Origin: a virus
Taxonomy: Duplodnaviria; Heunggongvirae; Uroviricota; Caudoviricetes
IMG/VR virus record: IMGVR_UViG_3300048904_000041
Span: 37,544 to 101,543 of that record
Length of the DNA: 64,000 nt
Direction: 5' to 3' (one strand)
Position 1 is the first letter of the stretch, and the number at the start of each line of letters is the position of its first letter. The notes under the pieces are model-generated. The model did no database searches. It was not told the origin of the DNA and saw only the letters and a program-made list of their open reading frames with translations. Shown piece by piece: positions 41,986-52,445 of this stretch. Made by a program: the position numbers and the translations under genes.

Positions 41986-44829
41986 TTAATACCAACGACC
42001 AATAGCCATTAAGCGAATATTTGCATATGCACCTGTTGCCACTGTAGTCAAGGCCAACCAACCACCCCATTGATTTAGAATTGGTTGTTCATATCCAACA
42101 GCCCATACAATACCTGTAGCTGAACCAAACAACGAAGCTGATGCCGTTACTGTAGGTACAGAACTAAAAGTAGCCGGATAAGCTAGTGGATAAATTGCTG
42201 GACTTCCATAAAGAACACCGTTAGCATGTGAGTTATTCAATGCTGCATTTGTTGAAACAGTAAGCCAACAAATCTGAGTACCGTCAGCATAACGAACATA
42301 GCTACCTTGCGAGTTGCTACCTCTTTCGATAATAGCACCTGTCGGTACACCACCTGTTTGTGATACAACACCTACAGCATTACTACGCTTATAAGCTGCG
42401 TTATCAAGGGTATTCAACTGCGAAGCAATCTGCGCAACATCCACATTACCAACATTGGATACACTACCGAACAGACGAAGAGTCCAAACACCAGCTACGT
42501 TAATTGGACGTGTTTCTAGAGATTCACGAACGCCAGTTCCCGTTAAAGGGCCTTCGGTGCCGTACTGCGAACTTGCACCTGAACCATAGGCAGCATTACC
42601 ATACGCTGTAGAACCCGTACTTGCTTTAATATTAATGGCGTGTTGGTGGCCTTGGAGTGTATCCCGTTGAATAGTCCCCGCTGCACCTGCGTAATAGCCA
42701 TCACCCCGAATAAATACAGCTTGGTAGCTACCCGAAGATTTACCGTTATAGTCAGGAACGCGGAAGGTTGTACTGCCATCCCCTTCGGTAAACGATCCAC
42801 GAGCTGTTAAGTCGCTATTCCACACAGCATCAGTCACTTTTGGAACTTTACCATCACGGATCAATGCCCAAGCATCAGGATAAGTTGTCCGACTATACAA
42901 ACCACCGTCCATTGGTACAGCACCTTGGGGAATCATGTCGCGAGAAGGAACCCACTTGACAGTAAGAACTGCTTCAGCAGATTGTGCTGCAACTCGTTGA
43001 AGTAGAACATCGGCTTCTGCTTTTGTGTAGTGGTCTGCAACAGCAAATGCACCAAACACAGTAACCAATACATCTGATTTTTCCTCAATCGCCTTAGCCA
43101 AGCTGATAGACTCACCTGTTGTGGCTGTGAAGTCTGTATCTTTAAGCAAAGAAAAACCGTTCAAGGATACAATTATCGCCGCACCCGGAACATAGCTTAA
43201 GTTCTTACCAGACAAATCCGCACCACTGATAATCAACTGACCCGGATTGAGACTATATGTATATTGAACAATGGTAGCGTTGTTAGCCTGAAGTTGTTCT
43301 TGAAGAAGTCTACCTGCATTTGCAGACAATGCCGCATCTGCACGGTTGCTATCTAGACCATCAACGATGTCTGTGAATGTACGCCACGACGCCCATGTTC
43401 CAGCCGACTGTGTACGGATGAACGGCATAGTATTCTCAGTAACACTATATGCAACTTGTTTGGCATATCCTGCAGCTTGATTGGTTGTATGCTTCACATA
43501 GTAGCTACCTGAAGTAGGTAGGTTCAAACCACCATTTGTGAATACATAAGTACCTTGAACATTGATCAGGTTTGCATCATCAGTTGATGCCTTAAGAATT
43601 GGATTACCACCATTCTCACCGAAACCACCAACTGTCACAACACGACCTGCTGTTGTATCAGTTTTGTTAGCGATTGGTTTACGAATGTCCAACTCAGCCT
43701 GTACCGCTGTACTAATAGGCTTCTCAAGGTCGTTAGTGTTATCAACACGACCAAGACCGACATCACTCTTATCAAGTTGGACAACACCAGTTTTACCGGC
43801 TACAGATGTGACCGACTCTGTGTTATCAATCTTGTAGAACTTTTCAAGTGGTTTGGAGAAACGGAGAACGTCACCGGCACCATACTCAATTGTTTCACCA
43901 TCAGCCGTTACTGTACCACCTACACTGACATACCAGAACGAAGATACAACAGGTCGTGCAGGATAAACGCCGGAAGACAAATCAACAAGACCTAAGTCTT
44001 GAACTTGACCAGTGTTTGCATTTGCAGCAGCTTGGGCATCGTCTCTAGCCTTTTCAGCAAGTCGAAGAGCTTCTAGTGCATCAAGACGTGCCTGAGTGGA
44101 TGTAGCAGCGTCTGTGTTCGCAGTAGAGGCGTCTTCGGCTGCACTTGTCTCAGATACCTTGGCATTTGTTTCAGATTGCTTAGCTTTGCTCTCAGAGGTC
44201 GCAGCGTTGAGTTCAGATTGAGCAGCAGCAAGTGCGGATAGTCGAGCAGCTTCAGCAGAGTCACCCGCAGCAGCTTGAGAATCAGCAGAGTTAGTTTCTG
44301 AAAGTGCAGCGTTAGTTTCACTCTTCTTTGCATTAATCTCAGAAAGGGATGCTGCCTGCTGAGCTTGACTTGCATTACTTTCACTTTGAGCAGCACCTTG
44401 TGCAGCAGCTTGAGCCGCAAGCGAATCTGCGTGTACTGTATCCTCACTTGCTTTTGCCTTTACAGCAGATGCCTCAGCAGCAATTTCGGCAACTTTAGCA
44501 GCTTCAGCAGATTCGCGTGCGGCAGTTACATCTTCAGAGAAGTCACGAATGTTGTCAGTGATGTAACGAAGACGGTCTGCTGTCTCTTTGTTATAACCTT
44601 GAAGTGGTGCGATTACCCAATCAGCGGAATCAGCCTCAGTTGCACCTTGATATGCTGGATAAATACCAAGTACGAATTCGGAAGCGATGTTTGTAATCTC
44701 ATACCACAAACCATCAGGTGCACGGAAGCCATCGCCTACACGTGCATTTGTTGCAAACTTTGTACCTTTAGCAGATACTGAAGTGGCACCGTTAGTTACG
44801 GTAACCAATCCTACTTTATACCATGCCAT
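41986..44829 (-). CDS. long tail fibre protein with Ala/Ser/Glu-rich coiled-coil repeats
   Basis: 947 aa; N-terminal fibre-attachment-like region MAWYKVGLVTVTNG; long AxxAxxS repeats; C-terminal domain shared with 41236..41946. Confidence 0.7.
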   Translation of the reverse strand: MAWYKVGLVTVTNGATSVSAKGTKFATNARVGDGFRAPDGLWYEITNIASEFVLGIYPAYQGATEADSADWVIAPLQGYNKETADRLRYITDNIRDFSEDVTAARESAEAAKVAEIAAEASAVKAKASEDTVHADSLAAQAAAQGAAQSESNASQAQQAASLSEINAKKSETNAALSETNSADSQAAAGDSAEAARLSALAAAQSELNAATSESKAKQSETNAKVSETSAAEDASTANTDAATSTQARLDALEALRLAEKARDDAQAAANANTGQVQDLGLVDLSSGVYPARPVVSSFWYVSVGGTVTADGETIEYGAGDVLRFSKPLEKFYKIDNTESVTSVAGKTGVVQLDKSDVGLGRVDNTNDLEKPISTAVQAELDIRKPIANKTDTTAGRVVTVGGFGENGGNPILKASTDDANLINVQGTYVFTNGGLNLPTSGSYYVKHTTNQAAGYAKQVAYSVTENTMPFIRTQSAGTWASWRTFTDIVDGLDSNRADAALSANAGRLLQEQLQANNATIVQYTYSLNPGQLIISGADLSGKNLSYVPGAAIIVSLNGFSLLKDTDFTATTGESISLAKAIEEKSDVLVTVFGAFAVADHYTKAEADVLLQRVAAQSAEAVLTVKWVPSRDMIPQGAVPMDGGLYSRTTYPDAWALIRDGKVPKVTDAVWNSDLTARGSFTEGDGSTTFRVPDYNGKSSGSYQAVFIRGDGYYAGAAGTIQRDTLQGHQHAINIKASTGSTAYGNAAYGSGASSQYGTEGPLTGTGVRESLETRPINVAGVWTLRLFGSVSNVGNVDVAQIASQLNTLDNAAYKRSNAVGVVSQTGGVPTGAIIERGSNSQGSYVRYADGTQICWLTVSTNAALNNSHANGVLYGSPAIYPLAYPATFSSVPTVTASASLFGSATGIVWAVGYEQPILNQWGGWLALTTVATGAYANIRLMAIGRWY

Positions 44830-44841
44830 TTATATCTCCTA

Positions 44842-45732
44842 TTAATTATACGGGAATGGGTAACTAGCTGTGTTAATTAATAATGCAATTGGATATCTAT
44901 CTGTCGGAATATTAATAAATGAACAAGGTAATGCTTGTCCTGCTGTAAATAACCTACTATGACTTGTACCAGCCGAAGGCCCAAACATAAATGATATACC
45001 ACCGAATCGACCATATGCACCTTCTTGCATACTATATTGAGTCGAGCTATCAATACCATTAAATGTGAACAAATCATTGATTGTACATGATCTACTAAAC
45101 GGTAAGTTAACAGCATACTCGATTTGACTTAGCTGTATATCAACTATTGAATAAGCCCTTGGTCTTCGGTATGGAGAAGCCGGGCCTAGCTCTGCTTGTT
45201 TTGCATTATAACCACCACTGTACGTCGTTGTGTATCTACCAAACCTATCAAGTGCCCCCGGCCCCGGTGCTTGAATTGCACCTATGATATTTATTGGTGG
45301 TTGAAGTGAATTGAATGTGATTCGACCATCTGTGTTGTATGTTTTAAGATATGGTGAACCAGCAACATTATTTGCCATAAGATCAAAACAATAATACTTC
45401 GTCGCAGTGCCGGCATTTGAATAATAAAACGTGATTGAATTTCCGGAAACAGATGTACCATTTAAAGTACCAGTACCTGTTATGAAAACAATTGGTGATA
45501 TTTGGTTGTATAATGTGAATGACCATAATCCGTCTGTATAGCTTGGGTCGCTCAAGATTAAACTCGGTGAATAGTTAGCACCATTGTTAGGGTCTAAGTT
45601 TTCTGATCTTATTTCACGACGTGTCCAAGATTGTGAATATTGCAAATACCCACTTTTAACCAAACCATACGAAATATAGTTTGTATCGAACAATAGTGTA
45701 CCATCTGGTTTATATGCTCTTAATTGTGCCAT
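44842..45732 (-). CDS. hypothetical tail-associated protein
   Basis: 296 aa, Gly/Ser/Thr/Tyr-rich, between tip protein and fibres. Confidence 0.45.
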   Translation of the reverse strand: MAQLRAYKPDGTLLFDTNYISYGLVKSGYLQYSQSWTRREIRSENLDPNNGANYSPSLILSDPSYTDGLWSFTLYNQISPIVFITGTGTLNGTSVSGNSITFYYSNAGTATKYYCFDLMANNVAGSPYLKTYNTDGRITFNSLQPPINIIGAIQAPGPGALDRFGRYTTTYSGGYNAKQAELGPASPYRRPRAYSIVDIQLSQIEYAVNLPFSRSCTINDLFTFNGIDSSTQYSMQEGAYGRFGGISFMFGPSAGTSHSRLFTAGQALPCSFINIPTDRYPIALLINTASYPFPYN

Positions 45733-46034
45733 TAATAATACCCATAAAATATCCTACAATTAGCTGCGAAATATCCCCAACCATTTGTTGAAAACGAATA
45801 ACTCCAAGATAACCCACCGTTAACAATACTAACGCCCGGCCTCTTACCTTTTTCTGCTTGCAAGTCAACAATTGGAACGACAATATAAAATGGTGTTTTA
45901 CCACCCGGAACGCCGGGAATGGCGATGTTGCCATTCCCGCCACCGGTATCAACCCAACCTTGAAGCTGGCTGATATTTGACGTCATGTCCAAAGTTACTC
46001 GACCTGCTGCATCACGAATAACTAAACCTGTCAT
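45732..46034 (-). CDS. hypothetical small tail-associated protein
   Basis: 100 aa Gly-rich, ATGA-coupled to J-like gene. Confidence 0.4.
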   Translation of the reverse strand: MTGLVIRDAAGRVTLDMTSNISQLQGWVDTGGGNGNIAIPGVPGGKTPFYIVVPIVDLQAEKGKRPGVSIVNGGLSWSYSFSTNGWGYFAANCRIFYGYY

Positions 46035-49000
46035 AAGCTTAAATCAATCCCCAATACGCCGTTAGGATGGAAGAATCGCAAATAGGAGTTGGTGAGGTTC
46101 ATTCTACCGTTCCCATTGACGCCGTTCATTTCGAAGTAACCATCTTTGCCAATATACCAACCAGAATAGCCCGAGACAAAGTTGTTAGACTGAATCACGT
46201 TACCGATCATTGCGTTGGTAATCCAACCAGTACCAATTAGTGCCTGACTAATAAACACTTGACCACCTTGTACAACAAATGGTGCAGTTTTTGTGGTTGT
46301 ACTACCATCAACAACAGCAAATCTGTCTGCTCTTACAAGGAATTGACTTTGTAGACCAGCAGGGCCGTTCTCAATACCCAATCCAATACCAGCGGCGACA
46401 TATTGACCGTTCTGTTGAGCTTCAATCTTCAGAGTATATGCAGCACTTACCTTGCCGTTGATACCAGCAATTGTTGTAGCCTGCTGCTGAATGGTTGCAC
46501 TATTCTGACCAGACTGAGCCGATACTGTATCGATACGTTGACTTAAAGCACCATCAGCGTTAGCCCGTGCTTCACTCTCGGACTGGATAAGTCCTTTAAC
46601 AGTTACCAACTCTTCGTCGATAACTTGGTTGAATTGAGCCTCAAGAGTTGTTACACTGCGAGCCAATGATTCGTCAGCCGTCGCACGTGCAGTCGCCTCT
46701 TCTCTGATGGCTGCTGTAATGTCATCATTGATCTTTGCATCGAGTGCATTGAGACGTGTTGTCACAGCTTCATCGTTGTTCGCTACAGTTGTTGTAAGCT
46801 CTGTCAACTTGGCATTGGTATCACCTAGCTTGGACTCTTGAACAAACAATCTTTGAGTGAAAGCTTCATCAGCGGTTGCACGAACCGTACGTTCTTCAAT
46901 AATCTGAGCACGGGAGTTCCAACCAGCGATTGCGTCATTCTGATCCCCAACACCATCGTCATCTCTGAATCCAGCAACAAGGCTGTCAAGCGATGAGGCT
47001 GTAGCTTCTAAACGACCGTCGATTATTTCAATGTTGGTTGTGTTAAGCTCAACTTGACCAGCGAGTGCATTAGCCTCTTCCAAAATAGTACCGATGTCTT
47101 TCCAGTACAAATCATTAGGAGGTGCTGTATCAAGTGGTACAGGAGCAATTGCTTGATACAATCGGTTACCCTGACGAACAGTCTCACCTACTGCATATTC
47201 TCTAGTTGGATCATATACGAAAGAATCATAAACATTATCTATCTGTTCCTGCAAATCTGAAACTGCATTTTCCAGCCTTTCGTTAACACTACCGGGGCCG
47301 TTTCCATCAATCAAGTCTATACGATCATATAGCTGTTTGTCAAGAGCTGTTTCAGAAATAAGACCAGCAAAGTAATCATTGTACTGACCATTGTCGTTAA
47401 TTGCAGAGCTACCCTGTACACCGGTCATAGACTCATTAGGGAACCATGGGCCGATATTACCGGTACGGTCTACCAAACGACACCAGAACCAGAATCGCTT
47501 ACCAGCACTCAAACCATGAAGTTCATGGGATGTCTGAGGGTATGCGAAATCACCAAGCTTGATGGCTTGCTCAAAGTTCTGATTCTCACTGTACATAATC
47601 TCTGTACGAAGTGTATCTTCAGCACCTTCTGGTAAGTACCAGTCGAGACGAATACCAAAAAGCAGAGGACTAGCAATCAGATCTGTTACAGCAGGTGGGT
47701 TTCCTTGCTTACCAACAAGAGTTGTCAGCATACTTGAACGCCATACAGACTTGATGCCTAATGCATTGATTGCTCTAACTCGTACAATGTAGTCACCAGC
47801 GTAGATACCCTTAACGTCAATCTCATTCGCACCAATGATACCAAGATTAACCCAATCAGCATTACCTCTACGCCATTGAACTTCGTAGCTAACAGCATTT
47901 GGAACTTGATCCCAACTTGCTGTCATTGTTGTAATTGCCATGGTCTGTTCAACGAATGTGGAACTAGTGACATTTACAGCATTAGGTGCTGCTTGTGCTT
48001 TTGGTGGTGTAACACTAACAGGTCTCGGTTCAAGTCGTGCACCATTGTCAATCGCAGGGTATTTACTTTCGTTATACTCGATACCTTGGATTTCAAAGAT
48101 ACCTGTACTAGGTTCAGAAACCTTAATTACACGATACAGTTGACTCTTCAACAAAGCAGATTCAAGATACCAAACAGCATTTGGTAAAGGTTGCTCAGTG
48201 AAAGGAACACTAACAGTGATAATGTTACCAGTTGCCTGAGTTACTGTACGCCCCTCTGTGATACCGTTAGACCTTGTGACATACAGAATATCACCCGGAG
48301 CAGCATCGACGCTTCTGTCGAGTGTCAGAACCCTTCCTGTCGATATTACGAGTCTACCTGTAAAAGGTTTACCACCAATCAACGGGTCAGTAACATGGAT
48401 GATCTTACCGGGGAAAACATCATCGTTCATACCCTGAAGACCAGTGCTGAATGTAACCTTTCGGTCATACAGGTTTGTAATCAGTGTATATTTACCACGA
48501 CGCTGAGCTTCACCACGGTTTGTACAACCAATTGCACTAATCTCAACCTGACGGTCAGAACCAAAGCGAAGAATTTCACTTGTTTCAAATGTCGCTTCAA
48601 CCTTTGTGTTATAATGATCTTCTGGATCATCAAAACTAATCAGGGCAGATGTGTAGATACTCTTATCGTCAGCAGAGTCATATTCAAACTTACCATTGAT
48701 TACGTTCGATCTGCTGAATATTGGAATGTTTGTGATAGGCTCTTGTTTGTCAGCTACTGCTTTAAACTGAGTACCATTCCAGTAAGTCATACCGTTGAAG
48801 ATACTTGCAAAGTCTCGCAACACCTTCCACGCATCGGCTTTCTCTTGAACATAGATATTACAGGTATGACGTGGTTGCATTTTACCAGTGCCAGTACCAT
48901 CATCAACCATCACGTCACAGTATTGAGCAATCTCGTACAGTGCAAACTTGTCAACCATGTTAGGTGTTACTTTGTTACCTAGACCGAATCTATCTTGAGT

Positions 49001-49870
49001 TAGGATGTCAAAGTAAACCCAAGCAGGGTTATCAGTCCAAGCAAACTTAAAATCACCAGCCCAAATACCCGAATATGTTCTTGTCTCAGGGTCGTAGTTC
49101 GATGGAACTCTTACGATTCGACCTTTCGTCTTTACAGAGATTCTTGGGATTGCACTACCACCAAACAACCTGCTGTCGAACTGAACAAACAACAAAGCAG
49201 TATTTGGGTATCTCTGTTTGAAGTCTGCAACTTCAGAATAACTTTTAATGTTCATTGTGTCTTGAATTGCAGCAGCGGTGCTATCTTGTGTATCCTTGAT
49301 TACCCGGATAGTCCAACCAGTTGAACTTTTAGGAAGGTTTACACGGTGTGTACGCTCATAACCAGAGTTTGTTTTACCAGAAACCTGATAGGTTGAATAG
49401 TCAACAAAAGGGCCACCAGCAGTTGACAGTTGGATTCGATAGTTGATCGTATAACCAACGGTATCACCATTCTGTTTCTGTTCGTACAGTGCAGGCCATT
49501 GAACTGTGACACGTACAGCGTCAAGCTCAGACTTTGTTACAGCCCTAGTCCAAGGTGTGTTACTTTTTAGTTCGACGTTTACGTTATATTCGGTGGCAAT
49601 CTCAGGAAGACCTTGAATGTAAGTCTGGTCTACAGTACCAGATCGCCAGTCCCAAGTAACACCACCGAAGTTCTTACTACCATCAGCGTTAGCCAGTGGT
49701 GTGCCGTCTAAGAAGATATCTTGATCGGTAGGAACACCAGCAAGCTCACCTTCAGCAACAGCGACCAATACCTTAGCATAAGCTACAGACAAAAGGTTGT
49801 TTGGCGTTTCTACAGGGGTATGTGGTTTTTCTGAACCACCTTTACCACCTTCAATTTCATACTCGATCAT
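46031..49870 (-). CDS. tail tip/central fibre protein (lambda gpJ-like) with fibronectin-III-like repeats
   Basis: KQRYPNTALLFVQFDS, SGIWAGDFKFAWTDNPAWVYFDILT match gpJ conserved blocks; 1279 aa. Confidence 0.85.
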   Translation of the reverse strand: MIEYEIEGGKGGSEKPHTPVETPNNLLSVAYAKVLVAVAEGELAGVPTDQDIFLDGTPLANADGSKNFGGVTWDWRSGTVDQTYIQGLPEIATEYNVNVELKSNTPWTRAVTKSELDAVRVTVQWPALYEQKQNGDTVGYTINYRIQLSTAGGPFVDYSTYQVSGKTNSGYERTHRVNLPKSSTGWTIRVIKDTQDSTAAAIQDTMNIKSYSEVADFKQRYPNTALLFVQFDSRLFGGSAIPRISVKTKGRIVRVPSNYDPETRTYSGIWAGDFKFAWTDNPAWVYFDILTQDRFGLGNKVTPNMVDKFALYEIAQYCDVMVDDGTGTGKMQPRHTCNIYVQEKADAWKVLRDFASIFNGMTYWNGTQFKAVADKQEPITNIPIFSRSNVINGKFEYDSADDKSIYTSALISFDDPEDHYNTKVEATFETSEILRFGSDRQVEISAIGCTNRGEAQRRGKYTLITNLYDRKVTFSTGLQGMNDDVFPGKIIHVTDPLIGGKPFTGRLVISTGRVLTLDRSVDAAPGDILYVTRSNGITEGRTVTQATGNIITVSVPFTEQPLPNAVWYLESALLKSQLYRVIKVSEPSTGIFEIQGIEYNESKYPAIDNGARLEPRPVSVTPPKAQAAPNAVNVTSSTFVEQTMAITTMTASWDQVPNAVSYEVQWRRGNADWVNLGIIGANEIDVKGIYAGDYIVRVRAINALGIKSVWRSSMLTTLVGKQGNPPAVTDLIASPLLFGIRLDWYLPEGAEDTLRTEIMYSENQNFEQAIKLGDFAYPQTSHELHGLSAGKRFWFWCRLVDRTGNIGPWFPNESMTGVQGSSAINDNGQYNDYFAGLISETALDKQLYDRIDLIDGNGPGSVNERLENAVSDLQEQIDNVYDSFVYDPTREYAVGETVRQGNRLYQAIAPVPLDTAPPNDLYWKDIGTILEEANALAGQVELNTTNIEIIDGRLEATASSLDSLVAGFRDDDGVGDQNDAIAGWNSRAQIIEERTVRATADEAFTQRLFVQESKLGDTNAKLTELTTTVANNDEAVTTRLNALDAKINDDITAAIREEATARATADESLARSVTTLEAQFNQVIDEELVTVKGLIQSESEARANADGALSQRIDTVSAQSGQNSATIQQQATTIAGINGKVSAAYTLKIEAQQNGQYVAAGIGLGIENGPAGLQSQFLVRADRFAVVDGSTTTKTAPFVVQGGQVFISQALIGTGWITNAMIGNVIQSNNFVSGYSGWYIGKDGYFEMNGVNGNGRMNLTNSYLRFFHPNGVLGIDLSL

Positions 49871-49889
49871 TTATATCTCCATATTTATA

Positions 49890-50474
49890 TCATTGTTGAT
49901 CTTCTGCTGTGATACTTGCCGATACTACAGCACCACCAACTTCACGCTCACCATAGAAAACAGGAACAGGTACACCTTGTGCTGCGGTATTCACAGGGCC
50001 ACCAAATGCATAAGATGCTTTGTTCTCAACATCTGTAGTTGTTGATAATCCCGGTGGGGCAGGTGTGAGAAGTTGTACAATACCACCAACAGCCAAACTC
50101 ACAGCAATAGATGTTGCGGGAGCAGCAAATGCAGCACCTACACCACCTGTATAAACTGTTGCAAGAATAATTACAGCAGCCGCTAGGAACCCAAGACCTG
50201 AGTTCTTAGCACCACCATATTTAGGAACCAGTCTTACTACTTTTGGTTTACCCATTTTTAGATGCTCTATATCTGTAATTTGACGCTTATCTGTTCTTAC
50301 ACTGAATAGAGCACCACGTTTGGCAGCAGCCCTGAATGCTTTATCAAACTCAGGAACTTGCATCATCATTGCTTTAATTGCTTCAGCCGGTGAACTCACG
50401 AAGAATTTGTGGTTACCATATTTCTTAAGATAACCACCCGGTTGAACCTCGATCCATGTATCAGACATTTTCAA
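49890..50474 (-). CDS. tail assembly protein (lambda gpI-like)
   Basis: position between K-like and J-like; Gly/Ala-rich hydrophobic C-terminus. Confidence 0.6.
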   Translation of the reverse strand: MKMSDTWIEVQPGGYLKKYGNHKFFVSSPAEAIKAMMMQVPEFDKAFRAAAKRGALFSVRTDKRQITDIEHLKMGKPKVVRLVPKYGGAKNSGLGFLAAAVIILATVYTGGVGAAFAAPATSIAVSLAVGGIVQLLTPAPPGLSTTTDVENKASYAFGGPVNTAAQGVPVPVFYGEREVGGAVVSASITAEDQQ

Positions 50475-51279
50475 TCTCCTTATGTCTAAGAATCATTCTA
50501 GTTCTTTGTTGCCACTGACCACCGTAAACGATTACATCACTTTCCTTATCGTACATGTGATGAAGCATCAGCGTTTTACCAAACAAACTTCTACCTTCAA
50601 ATTCAGAAACATCACCAAGGTAAATACCAGCATGGTTAGGATGATAGCTCCTACCAATTTGCATGATAATCATGTCACCCTTCTCAGGTGTGTCAACCTG
50701 ATAGAATCCAGCTTCTTTGTAGAAGTCTTCATATAGTGATTTTGCTTCTTTATTTTCCCACCACTTGTCTTCTCTTGTGTATTTAGGGAATGACAGACCG
50801 TGGTATTTGTTGTAGTATGCTTCACATGTTGACCAGCAATCCCAATAACCATGAACGAATGGTCTTCCAAGTAAGGTGATTTCATCTTGCGGTACAACCT
50901 GCCTGTAATCGCCTTCAGGCCACGATACGATGTGCCAAGGGATAGCCTTAGACTCAGGGTCTACAACCAACTCAACCTCACGGTGCTTCTGCATAACAGC
51001 TATGTCATAAGCGCTAGGTCGAGTGGTTGCGTCTGGATGACTATGAACAATACCTATAACAGTTCCAATATCCTCGGCATCAGCAAATGAGTCAGGGCAC
51101 ATCTTGAACTCTTCAGTCGGATCATTGCTAATGTTCAAACACCTCACATACTTCTCTGTTTTACCATTCAATACGACAACACCACAAATCTCTTTAGGGT
51201 AGCCGTCTTCAGCATGTTTCATGATGTCTTTGATTGTCTTTGCTTTCAGTTTCTTAGGGATCATATCAACCTCTCGCAA
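50461..51279 (-). CDS. tail tip assembly protein (lambda gpK-like; JAMM/MPN + NlpC/P60)
   Basis: HSHP...S..D JAMM motif (GIVHSHPDATTRPSAYD). Confidence 0.7.
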   Translation of the reverse strand: MREVDMIPKKLKAKTIKDIMKHAEDGYPKEICGVVVLNGKTEKYVRCLNISNDPTEEFKMCPDSFADAEDIGTVIGIVHSHPDATTRPSAYDIAVMQKHREVELVVDPESKAIPWHIVSWPEGDYRQVVPQDEITLLGRPFVHGYWDCWSTCEAYYNKYHGLSFPKYTREDKWWENKEAKSLYEDFYKEAGFYQVDTPEKGDMIIMQIGRSYHPNHAGIYLGDVSEFEGRSLFGKTLMLHHMYDKESDVIVYGGQWQQRTRMILRHKEIENV

Positions 51280-52009
51280 TTAAGCTACTAGCAATGAATC
51301 CACCGAATGGCAATGGGTTCTCTTTACCAAATCGTAGTTGACAATCCAAGCAAAGTCCCCCACACTGGTCTTTCGAAGGGTCATCTGTTGGAATACCCTT
51401 TTCAGTGAAATAATTTGTACCAGTATAACCACAATCAGGGCCACGGTATTGACCATTCATTGCCCAATGACAAAGTGCATAGATTTGACGGCGTGGTAAC
51501 TGTTGACCTGTGAAGTCAGCCGGGGAGCTTAGTTCGAATGTTACAGATGTTTGGTTCTCACCACTTTTACGTGTTACAAACCACTGTTGAAGCATTTCCA
51601 TGCTATCATCAGGATCATCACCGTCAGGTAGATACTGCCTGAATGTTGTATGCTCAGTAACTTTTGCACCATACAGGTTACGAAGAATCAGGCACAAGGC
51701 ACTAATGCTTCCGTCAATGTTTGCAACCTGAAGTGTAGGCTGTGGACTTTTACCAGTACCGTCCAACTCAACACCTGTCATTTCATAAGGCCAACCTACA
51801 TATGATTCACCTTGCCAGATGATAGGCTTAGGTGGGATATCAGCACCTGATTCCTGAAAGGTTTTCAATTCCTCTTCAGTGTAATCAACATTATAATTGT
51901 GGAAGCGAAGAATATCACCACCAAAAGCAGTACAGTCAACCTCAATTAGTTTAACCTTTGCTCCCGGTTCCAGCTTTTGGATTGTCTGTTTAAAACTTGT
52001 GGTAGCCAT
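51266..52009 (-). CDS. minor tail protein (lambda gpL-like) with C-terminal Cys cluster
   Basis: C-terminal CGYTG...CGGLCLDCQ; position. Confidence 0.65.
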   Translation of the reverse strand: MATTSFKQTIQKLEPGAKVKLIEVDCTAFGGDILRFHNYNVDYTEEELKTFQESGADIPPKPIIWQGESYVGWPYEMTGVELDGTGKSPQPTLQVANIDGSISALCLILRNLYGAKVTEHTTFRQYLPDGDDPDDSMEMLQQWFVTRKSGENQTSVTFELSSPADFTGQQLPRRQIYALCHWAMNGQYRGPDCGYTGTNYFTEKGIPTDDPSKDQCGGLCLDCQLRFGKENPLPFGGFIASSLIARG

Positions 52010-52018
52010 TATTACTCC

Positions 52019-52363
52019 TTATGATGCCAATGATGCATAACTTTTAACAAATGTTGCAGTGAAAACATAAAGACCACCACCTTGATCTTTTGGTTTCGCG
52101 TCTGTACATGTGTACAATCCGATTGTTCCAAGCGGTGGAGTCCAAAAGAAACTCTTCCAACCTTGGTGTCTATCGAAGAAATCCTTAATTAGTTTTGCTT
52201 CTGATTCATACGCATGTACCTTAATCGCGTATTGTTCATCCTTGTTATTGATCCCATCCGCAGATGTTTGTTTATAACCATCACCGAACTGTGCAGTGAT
52301 TACACGGTAATCAATTGTTGGGTCAAGATCCCTTTCAACTCTCCAAGTAAATGTCTCAGCCAT
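52019..52363 (-). CDS. minor tail protein (lambda gpM-like)
   Basis: FGDGY.Q....G.N / GWKSFFWTPP match gpM; start at MAETFTW with GGAGAAAAAT RBS. Confidence 0.75.
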   Translation of the reverse strand: MAETFTWRVERDLDPTIDYRVITAQFGDGYKQTSADGINNKDEQYAIKVHAYESEAKLIKDFFDRHQGWKSFFWTPPLGTIGLYTCTDAKPKDQGGGLYVFTATFVKSYASLAS

Positions 52364-52445
52364 ATTTTTCTCCAAAAGAAATGGGGACAATCAAGTCCCC
52401 TTTAGTTAAAGCATTCTATCATCTAGGATGTTATTTTGTCAATAG

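Noticed and set aside
44073-44447. 124-aa minus-strand ORF rich in Leu/Lys/Arg
   Set aside because: Alternative frame inside the Ala/Ser-rich repeat region of the long tail fibre gene. A product of repeat composition.
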